NCBI GenBank assembly: GCA_002269645.1 | Contig: NIVC01000067.1 | Location: forward strand, 806,001-870,000 | Source: Macrostomum lignano | Taxonomy: Eukaryota | Direction of reading: 5' to 3' | DNA length: 64,000 bases | In this document: one piece after another, positions 36,983-49,415 of the stretch | How positions within the stretch are numbered: the first letter of the stretch is position 1 | How the letters are laid out: each line of letters opens with the position of its first letter | The notes under the pieces: model-generated | What the model was told of the DNA's origin: nothing | The model's input: the letters and a program-made list of their open reading frames with translations, nothing else | Database searches by the model: none | Translations under genes and position numbers: made by a program

Positions 36983-37191
36983 AGCCAAATTTAAGCCCGA
37001 ATCTAATTTTCAGACTTAAAAAATAAAAAATTCGGAGTACAAATGGCGTAAATTCTGCTGCCGGGGATAGGGATCAGTAATGAATTACATGTAAGAATAA
37101 CAGAACCGTAGACCTAATTCTACCGAAAGCACCCCAGGTTATCTTATGGTACAGAATCTATTCCAGATTCCAGAATGTGGATTAAACGTAC

Positions 37192-37510
37192 CGGTGCTTC
37201 TGCACAAAGATGGCAAATACGCGGCTCGGATCGCCTAACGACTCGGTGCGCACCTCCTCCATGTCAACGGAGCTGCAGTCGTTCTGACAGCGCGACCGAA
37301 ATATAATGTACTTTTCATTCTCCGTCACCTGAACCTCGGCGCCAGACTGCGAGCGCTGGCGGGCGGGCAAGCCGGAGGAGGCCGAAGGCGACACTAGAGG
37401 CGGCTGGCCCTGAGACATTCGGCTGTTGGCACCGCTGCTGATGCTGTGCTGTTGTGACCAGTGGCTCCGAGACTCTGCCAATGCGGCTGGTGACTGAATG
37501 CTGCACTGGC
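37192..37510 (-). CDS. PRKAG: AMPK gamma exon(s) preceding the CBS domains; may contain a 45-nt intron at 37284-37328
   Basis: Ends SRVFAIFVQKHR with CG|GTACGT, joining G-TGC-TAC to give HRCYDL as in AMPK gamma. Acceptor cacacgcag. Confidence 0.85.
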
Positions 37511-37694
37511 CTGCGTGTGCGAGCGTAATTATCAGAATCATTTTAACTGACCGGAACCGGAAGGAGAGGAGCAGGACTAGTGATGGACCGAATGTGGATT
37601 TTTGCAAGTTTCCGAAATCGAATCCGAATGTACAAAAAAATTCCGAATCCGAATATTCGGATCCATCACTAAGCAGGACCGAATAAATAATGAA

Positions 37695-38328
37695 TGCAGC
37701 GGCCAAATGAAGAACCGGAAGGAGGGGTGCAGCGGCCAAATGAAGAACCGGAAGGAGGGGTGCAGCGGCCAAATGAAGAACCGGAAGGAGGGGTGCAGCG
37801 GCCAAATGAAGAACCGGAAGGAGGGGTGCAGCGGCCAAATGAAGAACCGGAAGGAGGGTGCAGCGGCCAAATGAAGAACCGGAAGGAGGGGTGCAGCGGC
37901 CAAATGAAGAACCGGAAAGAGGGGTGCAGCGGCCAAATGAAGAACCGGAAGGAGGGGTGCAGCGGCCAAATGAAGAACCGGAAGGAGGGGTGCAGCTGCC
38001 AAAGGAAGAACCGGAAGGAGGGGTGCAGCGGCCAAATGAAGAACCGGAAGGAGGGGTGCAGCGGCCAAATGAAGAACCGGAAGCAGGGGTGCAGCGGCCA
38101 AATGAAGAACCGGAAGGAGGGGTGCAGCGGCCAAATGAAGAACCGGAAGGAGGGGTGCAGCGGCCAAATGAAGAACCGGAAGGAGGGGTGCAGCGGCCAA
38201 ATGAAGAACCGGAAGGAGGGGTGCAGCTGCCAAATGAAGAACCGGAAGGAGGGGTGCAGCTGCCAAAGGAAGAACCGGAAGGAGGGGTGCAGCTGCCAAA
38301 TGAAGAACCGGAAGGAGGGGTGCAGCGC
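37695..38328. repeat. 33-bp minisatellite (tgcagcggccaaatgaagaaccggaaggagggg)
   Basis: Seen directly. Confidence 0.96.
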
Positions 38329-41099
38329 CTCCGTGATTATGCTACGCGTGAGTGAATACAGGAAAAGACAAAAAAATTATTTCGGGCTCGTCTCTTGGAT
38401 GTCTTCTATTAATTGAATAATCAGGTACAATTTTTTACTTTTTAAAAAAGGTTTATATAATTTCTAGAAGTGATTCTTCTTCTGATGTTTTACAGATATC
38501 AACTGCTTCAAGTCTGCCTTTTCTGCTGAGAAAAGACAAGAAGAATATTAATCAGCGAAATGGAACTGCTATTAGTATAGCCCCAAAAATATCTCCTTCG
38601 GATAAACAAGTCTGAAGAATCTCTATAAGAATCGCTACTCCCGCTGAAATAGATTAAGCTAATTAGAAAGTAGAAGCCGGATTCACCGCACTGCATGGCA
38701 CTTTGAAGAGAGCTGCGACTTGAATTAGACTGATAGAAAAAGCAAGGATTTAAAATGATAATGCCAATCCTCTCCGTGAAACGCGAGGTTCGACGCAACC
38801 TCGAACACGGATTGGCACATGGCGCAGCAAGCCTTGAATAATATTCATTATATAATATAATAGTTTTACCTCTTGAAACTCTGATCCAATCCAAAGCAAA
38901 CGAACTTAAACTTGAAAGTTAAAACACGTGAAGTGTGTATAATCTTCTATCACAACACAAGCAACTTCGTTCGAAGGGTAAATATTTTAAATAATATGAA
39001 TGAAGTTTTCAGTATCTGAAACCGACTTTTACCAGATTAGATAACACAGATAAACAGGCTCGAAAACACTAGGCAAGGCAGAAGGCACTAGCTCGGCGTT
39101 GGGTAGATTTTTATCGGATTTGGATCAGCTCAGCTCTGTTCTGATTCTGCAGTGACCTTCCTCTCCAAAAGAAACCGCGACAGAATTTTTCTAGCGCTTG
39201 GTACGTGGAGAGAGTTGAAATAGCTGGCTGGAAGTGGGTGAGGGTTGAGTGTACACTCGGCACTGGGGTAAGAGTGTTTATGGCCGGCGCGATAGAATGT
39301 ACATTGGATCACATGATCATCATAGCGTACGTTCTGTTGGGCTTGGGCTTAATTGGGGGTGCGTGTGAGCCTCCGCACTAGTGTGGAAAGAGCTATTCCT
39401 GGAGGTTTGGAATTGGGCAAGCCTGGCCCCACTGTGCTACAATCCCCTACAAATTTTGTGCTTGCGTTTTCGTTTACTCCGTTGTCCGGTAAAAAGTACA
39501 AAAACAACCATTTTAAAGCAGCCGTACAAAAATAACTTAAGAGGTCGGTCGGAGCTTAATGAAACAAGTAACAAGAGTAAGATAATAACAGAACATCTTA
39601 GATAGTAGACTAAGAGATCTAATTAGTATATAGGGAAAGGCGGCGAAATGACTCTCTTAGAGCTTGTTATCATGAGTAATTGAGTATGATACTCTACTCG
39701 TACGTTGAGTGATGGAGTCAAATCTAAAAATACAAGATTTGTCTCGTAAAAAGAAATAATATAATGATTTTATTTAAATATTCGACTATTGACTTCACTT
39801 CGTCAAAAATAATTATATTTATAAAAATCAATAAATAAAATTTAAAACTAATGTTTCTTAATTGCCCAACCAATTGCAAGGGAGGTTTTTTAAGTTCTAG
39901 ATTTTTAAACCTGATTCCCGATTTAAAAAGTCCGCTACTGTCTAAAGTTGCCTACTGATATCCAGTAGTCAGAATTGTGCTTTACGATCACATCTGCTTA
40001 AGCAAGCAGAATCGCCACTTTTTTCTCTTACTCGTATTTATTAAGTGTATAATTTTTAAGTAGCAATCATCAGAATTCTACCTTCCAAATCAGGCGAATG
40101 GCTGAGATTTTCAAACAAATCTTTGTGCCGCTCTTGTATGAAGCCAGGCAAGGGTGAGTACGTTTCCTGGAATAGAGAGCAATAGTAAGACGGTTTTCCT
40201 ATTCTTGCTTTTAGGATTGACACAAGCGGAAAGCAAAATGCCGCTCACCTGGTCCCGCTCATAAGTACCATTACCGTCCATGGAAATCGTCTGAGACTAA
40301 AAGCGGAAGAATGGATAAATTATTAATATAATTGGCCCTTTTAAAGATAGGTCTTAAGCTTTCAATTTGGGACAGACAATCAAAATAACAGGCATTCACT
40401 TGCCAACTATGAATAGATAATTCAGCCTCCGAAAGCAAGCGTGAATGAAATCTATCGATGAATGAAGAACTATTAGGCACAGAGCACAGTGCATGCGCAT
40501 ACTAATGTACTTTAGGAAGTACATACATAAAGCTACACCCACGCGGTTTCTCTCCCGCTGAGCCAGCCTACTCTACTCTGTGAGCTAGGTAAATTTGTTA
40601 AGCAGGCAAGCATTTCTTCAGATTATAATATACTTGTCAATTTCACATTGACTAACAGTATAAAGGCTCTGCAGATAATGAGCAAAGTAAAAACTGTTTT
40701 TACAAGGATGCGCTCAAATAACATAATCATTGATCGATCATTGATTGACAAGGGCGGTGAGACGCGGGAGATGGAGACTATATTTTAAGATAGGCATCTT
40801 CTTCACTCGCCTAAAAAGAAGAATAAGATGAGAAAGTGTTCGATAATTCACTGGGAGTGGCAAGGGGCATAACTGCGGGCACAGTAATTACGAGATGAAG
40901 GCTAAAACGGCACAAAGCTGGACGCTGCACATCAACTGGAGTGTTTGCCAGTAAAACATCGAATCTCACAGGTTAGCAGGGGGGGGGGGCTGAGAAGCTG
41001 GGAGGGCGCCTGAGTAGCGGGCCAGAGATTTGCAATACGCAAGTAGCAACTCAGCTAGTAAAGTAGTGTTTTATTATAAAAATGGAGGATAAACAGGGC

Positions 41100-41800
41100 G
41101 TGAAGATTGAGAGTGGGAGGGTGTGAGAGGTGAAGTGGAGATTGGAGAGAGGGAGACAGGGAGAGGAGAGAGAGCGAGGTAGCGGTGATAGGGAGAGATG
41201 GTCAGATGTTAAGAGGATGAGGGGTGAGACGATGGCGAGAGAGTGAGGTGACCGGGAGATAGGGAGAGGGGTGATAGGGAGAGGGGTGATAGGGAGAGAT
41301 GGTCAGATGTTAAGAGGATGAGGGGTGAGACGATGGCGAGAGAGTGAGGTGACCGGGAGATAGGGAGAGGGGTGATAGGGAGAGATGGTCAGATGTTAAG
41401 AGGATGAGGGGTGAGACGGTGGCGAGAGAGTGAGGTGACCGGGAGATAGGAGAGGGTGATAGGGAGAGATGGTAAGATGTTAAGAGGATGAGGGGTGAGA
41501 CGGTGGCGAGAGAGTGAGGTGACCGGGAGATAGGAGAGGGTGATAGGGAGAGATGGTAAGATGTTAAGAGGATGAGGGGTGAGACGGTGGCGAGAGAGTG
41601 AGGTGACCGGGAGATAGGGAGAGGGGTGATAGGGAGAGATGGTCAGATGTTAAGAGGATGAGGGGTGAGACGGTGGCGAGAGAGTGAGGTGACCGGGAGA
41701 TAGGGAGAGGGGTGATAGGGAGAGATGGTCAGATGTTAAGAGGATGAGGGGTGAGACGATGGCGAGAGAGTGAGAAAGTGACAGGGAGATAGGGAGAGAG
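41100..41800. repeat. GA-rich ~86-bp tandem repeat, about 7 copies
   Basis: gggagagatggtcagatgttaagaggatgaggggtgagacg..gtgata repeated. Confidence 0.9.
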
Positions 41801-43100
41801 TGTGAGAGAGTGAACACTGAATAGATGACAAGGCAAACAGTGTGAACCGGAAGGCGGAAGGCATCGCAGCGAAACCAGAGAGACAATGGCCGGCTTGGAA
41901 GACGGCGCTTTGTCACACAGCTATTGTACAGAAAAGGAAGGCAGACGTGTGAGCTAACTAGGAAGAAGGTATTTCTTCCAGCATAGTCAGAGACATGATC
42001 GGCCGAGGGAAAATGAATGCTAAGGTAGAAGAAAGAAGAGAAAATCGACGGGAAGGAGACGGGATTGAGAAATTCCCACAGAACTCAGTAGGAAGACAGA
42101 CAGACGGCCAAACAGCCATGCGTTGAGCAAAAAGCCCCAAGAAGAGAGAGAGAGAGAGAGCTTAGCTGAGTGCAAATAGGGTTATAAAAGATGCATAGCC
42201 TCATCAGGCCTCAGGCTTGCTCAAGTACAGCAGCTTTTGCATAGGTCCACGCGACAGACTAAACACTAGACAATGAAGGAGACGGAATCGATTTCACAAA
42301 AGTGGCATAGACTATAGACAGGTAGATAAACAGAAACTTCACAGCGCTTTAGCCTGGCAATGGAGCTTCAATACAGCATTTTCTTTAACTAAATATGGAA
42401 TTATCCGAATTATTAATTCAAACAAACACATTGATTCTTGACAAACAAGGGCTGTGTTAAAAACTAATGAAATTGTTTGTTTAATTACAGGGCAGTATAA
42501 AGTTTGACAAAATAATAAAAAATCGTGAAGGCGAAACAAATTTCTATCAAACAAACTCGATGGCGAAATAGAAGGTGAAAACCAATAAAAAATAAGAATT
42601 CTTTAATTTCATTGAAATCTGACCAACTGTAAAGAAAGCTGAGCCCCATAGCCAAGCATAGAGTGACAGCCGAAACTGTCAGCAGCGCAGGCACGATTCG
42701 CAACTGCTCGACCAGAAACGAGAGCTCCACAGCCAGCAGTGGGGCATGAGCAAACAAAGGAGTCGCAATTGTTTGAACAGTTTGAGGCAGGAATGGAGAG
42801 CTAGTATAGCCCTACAGACATGCCACTGCGGGAAAAATTTAGTTTAATAGTTCCTACTCGAATACGCTAGACTGAATTCTCGCCAGACTGAGTCTCTAAA
42901 AGTACAGGTGTAATATTAGAAGTACAAGTACAATGAGTACTCTATGAAAATTTTTATTGCTTGAACTATAGGAATCTAAGGCAATTATTTAGTATTTAAA
43001 AATCAAAATGTGAGCAGTCATGTATTATGTACCACGGCAAATGATATGCGAGCAGCTAGGGATATTTTCTAGCAAGGTGTCCCAGACTGTTGAATTAGAT

Positions 43101-43743
43101 CAGGGGTCGGCAGACTCCGGCCCGCGGGCTACATGCGGCCCGCAGAGCATCTCCATCCGGCCCTCGGGTCCGTTGAAACTTCACAATCGCAATCCGGTCC
43201 GCTCAATGTTTATATCTCTTCTCAGCGCTCTTCTCTCTAATTTCCTCTCTACTCTCTTCCTCTATTTTCCTCTCTCCTCTCGTCTCTTCTCCTCTCTCTC
43301 TCCTCATCTCCTCTCTCCTATCTCCTCATCTCCTCTCTCCTATCTCCTCATCTCCTATCCTCTCTCCTCATCTCTCTCCTATCTTCTCTTCACTCCTCTT
43401 CTCTCTTCTCTTCTCTCCTCTCGTCTCCTCTTTTCTCTCTCCTCTCCTCTCTTCTCTCTCCTCTTCTCTCTCCTCTCCTCTCCTCTCTTCTTTATAATCT
43501 CCTCTCTCCTCTTCTCTCGTCTCGCCTCATCTCCTCTCTCCTCTCTTCTCCTTTTCTCTCTCCCTCTCCTATCCTCTCTCCTCTTCTATCCACTCATTTC
43601 TTCTACTTTATTCTCTCGCCTCTCCTTTCTCTTACCCCTCTTCTCTCTTCTTTATTCCCTCTCCTCTCTCCCCTCCTCCGGCCCGCAGTCATTCTCTAGG
43701 TTCTCTATTTGGCCCTTGAGGTAAAAAAGTTTTCCGACCCCTG
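43101..43743 (+). mobile_element. hAT/Charlie-like MITE with a ~470-bp CT-rich interior
   Basis: TIR CAGGGGTCGG; TSD AATTAGAT/AATTAGAC (7/8); subterminal ggcccgcgggctacatgcggcccg resembles Charlie-type elements. Confidence 0.85.
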
Positions 43744-43954
43744 AATTAGACGGTCACTTTAGCTAAAAACGCATTAGCAGGATGGAATTATTTTGTTTTT
43801 GCGACTTGTAGCATCAAATAAATTATAGTCGGTCCTGTTTTACGTGTTTTAGTATACAAATATTGATATATTTGTGGCCCTCTGTAGCAGTTAGCATAGA
43901 ATTAAGTGAGGATTTACCCCACAGAGAGTCTCGGCCTGACTACAACAAACCTGA

Positions 43955-44090
43955 GAATGTCTATGGCCAAAAGATCTGAGGTCTGTGGCCAAAACATCAG
44001 AGGTTTATGGCCTAAAGATCTGAGAAGGTCTATGGCCAAAAGATCTGAGAATGTCTATGGCCAAAAGATCTGAGAATGTCTATGGCCAAC
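43955..44090. repeat. ~25-bp degenerate repeat (gagaatgtctatggccaaaagatct)
   Basis: About 5 units seen directly. Confidence 0.8.
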
Positions 44091-44989
44091 AGACCGTTGA
44101 TTCAGTGCAAAGCCAGCAGGCAGACACAAAATGCGTTTCACGCCTGTGGAGACTGTCTGTGGTAAACCCTTACTTGACAGCTTAGATAGCCCAATAATGG
44201 CCCTCGTTTTGTGAAAAATTAGCCAGAATGTTTTTTCGATATCCGAATCAAGCATACAGCTAAACTTCGCCGACAGAAGCTGCGTCTGCGTGCGATGTGT
44301 GTAAGATAGATACTAAATAACGCAATACTGCTTTTAAATAAGAGTTATTTTAGTTTATTTTTAGCTTATTTTTGCCAGCTGTTTTATATCTGTGGCGGCC
44401 ATGGAGTAGTCGACCACAAATGAGCTTCACTTCTTTTGCTGGCGTTGACGCGAGATTGGCATTCTAGTTATACTGAATATATTCCGAGTCACGCTTACCC
44501 ACTCCCAGCAGTTAATTGATTCACATTTCTTTCTACTTTCTTAGGTATTCCCTCAGGAACGAAGTTAAACGAAGGCTATTTGTATTTGTGTGAATTCGGC
44601 TGAGCAGCTGTCTTCCATTTATTTCTTTAACAGTAGAACTACCAAGAGGGGGGGGAATTCCCCCCTGACAATTTTTTTTGCTGCGCCGGAACGGAGCAAC
44701 GCAGGCACACGAAATTCTAGAACACGGGCTAACTTTTTGTTGCGCACCTTCTCAAACAAGAATCAAGTCGCCAGCCCTTCGGACCGTCGAGATATTCGAC
44801 GATTCTGCCATGTCGGATTTTTCCCCTAAGTGCTAGTGTATTCAGTACACCCATGTGCGCCAATTAGCACTGCGCCTCAGTGCAGCCTTGCCAAGTCTCC
44901 AAATTTCATCAACACGTCGACAACATGTGTCTGCTTCAGCTCTGACTTCGTTGGTCACTAGCCTTCACCCAGGTGGAGCTTCTAGACCC

Positions 44990-45780
44990 TCAACAGCTGT
45001 GGCACCAGGTGACTATGGACAGCCTGATGCGGATTTCTCTAGTTTCGCCGATCAAGCCTCGACAGTGGGCAAGAATCAACCGCCAGACATTCTCAGCTAG
45101 TCTCTCAAGCATTCCGCCATCATCCCGACGCCGTCGGCTCCTTCAACAGATTACACCAGGTGACTATGGACAGCCTGATAAGAATTTCTCTAGTTTTGCT
45201 GATCAAGCCTCGACAGTGGGCAAAAATCAACCGCCAGACATTCTCAGCTAGTCTCTCAAGCATTCCGCCATCATCCCGACGCCGTCGGCTCCTTCAACAG
45301 ATTACACCAGGTGACTATGGACAGCCTGATAAGAATTTCTCTAGTTTTGCTGATCAAGCCTCGACAGTGGGCAAAAATCAACCGCCAGACATTCTCAGCT
45401 AGTCTCTCAAGCATTCCGCCATCATCCCGACGCCGTCGGCTCCTTCAACAGATTACACCAGGTGACTATGGACAGCCTGATAAGAATTTCTCTAGTTTCT
45501 CTGATCAAGCCTCGACAGTGGGCAAGAATCAACCGCCAGACATTCTCAGCTAGTCTCTCAAGCATTCCGTCATCATCCCGACGCCGTCGGCTCCTTCAAC
45601 AGATTACACCAGGTGACTATGGACATCCTGTTGCAAATATGTCAGGTTTTTCTAATCAAGCTTCAATAATGGGCAAACCTCAACTGCTGGGCATCCTCAG
45701 CTAGTCAGTCAAGCATTCAGCCATCACCCCGACGCCGTCGGCACCTTCAACAGGTGGCACCAGGGGAGTAAGGACACCTG
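44990..45780. repeat. 151-bp tandem repeat, 5 units plus a diverged partial unit
   Basis: ccaggtgactatggaca recurs every 151 nt, from about 45004 to about 45608. Confidence 0.95.
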
Positions 45781-46614
45781 AGCGTGATTTTTCATCATGC
45801 TCTTAACATTTCTGAAGCTCTCAAATTTTTTTAAGCACAGATATTGCTATAGTTAAGCTTGAACTCATGTTGCTGTATATTTATATTATTATTACACATA
45901 CTTTTATGCATACGAGCTACATACATATTTTATTCGACAAGCTATTTAGTTTATTCAACTATAATATTGAACCCAATTTTCATGCAGAAAGGGTAATGCT
46001 TTTAAGAAGCCAGTAAATTCAATCGGTTTTTTCATTTTATAAATGGCTTGGCATTCCTACTGTTAATCCAAGGTTTAAGCCCTATGCAGCATATGTTATA
46101 ATAGCAACTGTTATAGCAGTTTGGTAAAAATCAGCCTTCAATCTAGTAGTCCTTGATTTCTAGCAGTCATGCCCAATACATGCATGCGAATCGAAATCGA
46201 TGAATGCTTAAGCCTTCATGGGACTTTCTCTTCTTTAATTCGCAAGCGTGCACGCATACAGCAATTCAGCAGCAAAGGCCACACCACAATTTCCTGCGCT
46301 GGAATCGCTAATCAAATCAATAACTCCGGGGAGTCCATGGCCCCGCAGGATTTGAGGGATTTGATTTGATTCACATTTAAAAACACACAGAGAGAGAGCA
46401 TGGATCGCAGGGACCCAGCTGGAAGGCGTGTCACTTCTCTACTCTGTCTGGGCAAAATCAATGTCAAAATAAATACGCCCCAGATGCCAGAGCCCGTCAG
46501 GGGATCAGGATGAAAAGTTTTTTTACGACCCCGGAGCTTCGCTGTCGTCCGAGCGTAAGAGACGGGCAAGCGGAGATGGGGAACATCGAAGTATCCACTC
46601 CTTCCCTCTCTTAC

Positions 46615-46708
46615 GGTGTTTCCGCCTTCCTCTCTCATCTTCTTCATCCCCGAAGTTTTCAGTTTGCTTGTTTTTTTGCGCAGAACCAGCCGCAGCAGCG
46701 CCTTTTTC
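46615..46708 (-). CDS. PRKAG: Probable AMPK gamma internal exon (EKGAAAAGSAQKNKQTENFGDEEDERGRRKH)
   Basis: tatgtctcttag|GAA..CAC C|GTAAGA; phase 0 to 1 bridges the 47291 and 37510 exons exactly. No homology support. Confidence 0.55.
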
Positions 46709-46849
46709 CTAAGAGACATAACTGGCACTGCACAGCCTGCACTGCACTCAGCGCTCAGTTCGCTCGATCCATTTTCATTTTTGGTGGTAAAGCTCTCATG
46801 CTTAGCATCGCTTCACCACATGCACGCAACACAGCTCCTTAGTCTGTGC

Positions 46850-47215
46850 AACTCTGTGAAACTGAGGGGTAATCGTGATTTGACGTTTAAACTGCTGACG
46901 TCAACTCGTGACTTAGGAAACTGAGGTGAAGATGTTGTGACCTTGAAACTGAGGCCAAGTTGAAACCTTGAAAACGAGGTCAAGATGTAGCGTTGAAATC
47001 TGAAACTACGGTCAGCTCACGAGGTGACCTTGAAACTGAGGTCAAGTCACGGGGTGATCTTGGAAGTGAGGCCAAGTCACGAGGTGACCTTGAAAGTGAG
47101 GTCAGCTCACGAGGTGACCTTGATCTTGGAAGTGAGGCCAAGTCACGAGGTGCCTTAGAAAGTGAGGCCAAGTTACAAAAGGTCTTTGAAGTTGAGGCCA
47201 AGTCCTGACCTCGAA
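46850..47215. repeat. Degenerate ~30-bp repeat (gaaactgaggtcaagtcacgaggtgacctt)
   Basis: Seen directly. Confidence 0.75.
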
Positions 47216-47290
47216 AGTGTCATCAATTCGTGATTCATGTCGACCTATTGAATATGAAAGGTACTAAAAACCAGTAAACTAGTATTTTAC

Positions 47291-47665
47291 CTTCCGCACG
47301 CGATTCTCGCAGACCTCGGCATGGTGTGCGCAGTCTAACGGCATCAGGCTGGGATGAGGCAGCCGCTGCTGGCCTGAGGAGCCGGTCCTGCGGCGCAGAT
47401 GCCGGTCAGAGTCGGACGTTGCCAGGTGGCGCAGCCGGCTGACCAGGCCGCCAACCGGACTGCGAATTGCCGGGCCGGTCGGCGAGACCGTCGCGGCCGT
47501 CGGAGTTCCGGGACTGTCGCCCGCGGCGCGAGTTTTGGGCCGGCTGATTGTGTGAGCATTCTCAGACTTGGCGCGGGGCCGGATGGTGTCGAGGAAGAAC
47601 TGCTTGACGGTGGATCTCTGCTGCAGGTGCTGATGCTGATGCTCGCTCTGCTGTTCGCCTGGCGG
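47291..47665 (-). CDS. PRKAG: AMPK gamma N-terminal-extension exon (not in ORF track in this frame)
   Basis: 125 open codons, caattag|CCG..AAG|GTAAAA. Contains QFFLDTIRPRAKSE, resembling the RPRSKSD motif recalled from long invertebrate SNF4A-gamma isoforms. Confidence 0.8.
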
Positions 47666-47723
47666 CTAATTGAGCAGATTTTCTAGAGTAAGTCAGCCTT
47701 CAAAACCAGATGGGCATAATAAA

Positions 47724-47974
47724 CATACATGCGCAACACCCGGCCGGCTGGCGAGGGGCCCAGCCAAGGTTAAGTCTCAAAAATGTCAATCCGGGAAAAA
47801 TCGACGTAGTACTTATTAAATGACGAGGGGTTTAACCTTAATAATAAAGTTATAGTTACTTCTATTGTTTACCCAAATTACGTTTTTTGCTTGGTTTTTT
47901 TCATAGTTAAGTTGCAGTTTTGGTCAAAAAGTAAGTCGCACGGCCGGTGTAAATCAGGGGGTTGCGCATGTATG
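47724..47974. mobile_element. 251-bp MITE (hAT or P superfamily)
   Basis: Perfect 14-bp TIR CATACATGCGCAAC; perfect 8-bp TSD ATAATAAA (47716-47723 and 47975-47982). Confidence 0.9.
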
Positions 47975-49154
47975 ATAATAAAGCTTTCATTCTTTTTCTT
48001 TAACACCTTCAGCCAATGAAAATTTGAAGGCCAATTTCACTCCAAAGTTGTGCTCTATCTTTCGAATTTCTTTGCTTAAGCTTTAAAAGATGCATAAGAC
48101 ATAAGACTCAGTAAATACTAAAAGAGACTGGCGTCCATTCACAATTTTCATAGGTAATGATTAGATCATGCTGTACATGACTTTTCGGTCTGAGTATAAA
48201 ATAAAAAATCATTACTGAAGGACAAATTAATGCTAGAAAAAATACACTCTTCTCGGAGAAGAGCGTCAGAAATGAGAAACTGAAGATCTTCCGCACGAAT
48301 TTCGCCTCCAGATTTTGCTCTCAGCATGTGGTAGGTACAAAAATGACAGAAAGACACTTTAAGACAGCTTAAATATCTTGGCAGAGTTAAAGCCGGTGAA
48401 AAAATCAAGTATCAGCGCTATAGCTTCCTTATAGGATAAACCTTCCATGCAATCGAGAACGCGGTTTTGTTAGCTAAACACGTTTATATACCGTTTTAAC
48501 CAACAGAGGCAGACGCAGCTCTATGCACAAAAAAGCTCTTCCATCATAAGCGCGTCTGGTTTCAACCATTATATCACAATTAATGTATCAATCAGCTAGC
48601 TTACATTGCAGCTAGGAATTTTATCAAGGCAAGAAGCTGATACTTTGATGAACCGCAAGCGGGATCTTCCTCTTCCATTTCTGCTTGTTCGTTATCTTAT
48701 TTCCTTGTTCAGCCCCCGGGTTTCTTAGTCGCAGGAATCCCCGACTCGCTACCTAGCCCCGAGATATTTGCGAATTTCTCCCTTGCTAGCTTTTCTATTG
48801 AGCACTAAAAGCTATCAATCTACTTTCCATATCTCTACTCGGATGGTCGCTCCTGCTTTATCACTCAAGTTTTTTCGCTTCTCCACTGCCCACTAACTTA
48901 ACTCGTACTCTTCGTGTTCTCAACTTACTCTCTTTAATACTGCATAACATTATCCAGTGCCTTCTTTCCAACCGCTGATTTCTACTTGCCCAATTGTAAC
49001 CCTTATTCCCCTTTTTCACTGAAGAGACTTAGTTGATAACTCAGAACTTTAAGTAGCTGGATTTAAGTAATTGTTAAACTCGATTATTGTTTTGTATAAA
49101 AACTCATTTAAATATTTGCATCTATTGATTTAATATCTCGGTGTATAAATTCCA

Positions 49155-49415
49155 AATCCCCATCTACTCATTCAGTATCCCCATCTACTCATTCGGTATC
49201 CCCATCTACTCATTCAGTATCCCCATCTACTCATTCAGTATCCCCATCTACTCATTCGGTATCCCCATCTACTCATTCAGTACCCCCATCTACTCATTCC
49301 GTATCCCCATCTACTCATTCAGTATCCCCATCTACTTATTCAGTATCCCCATCTACTCATTCAGTATCCCCATCTATTCACCTACTCTACTCATTCCGTA
49401 TCCCCATCACTCATT
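49155..49415. repeat. 21-bp minisatellite (ccccatctactcattcagtat)
   Basis: Seen directly. Confidence 0.93.

Noticed and set aside
35058-36983. 641-aa ORF apparently fusing repeats to AMPK gamma CBS domains
   Set aside because: Canonical splice sites bound the CBS exon at 36405 and 35778. The flanking arrays simply lack stop codons on that strand.
40090-40290. Short ATG-to-GTGAG blocks on both strands as alternative first exons
   Set aside because: Phases do not match the downstream AMPK gamma acceptor, and there is no plus-strand partner exon.
42624-42811. Hydrophobic exon-like frame (..VEQLRIVPALLTVSAVTLCLAMGLSFLYSW)
   Set aside because: Phase 0 to 2 does not fit the AMPK gamma chain, there are no partner exons, and no family is recognisable.
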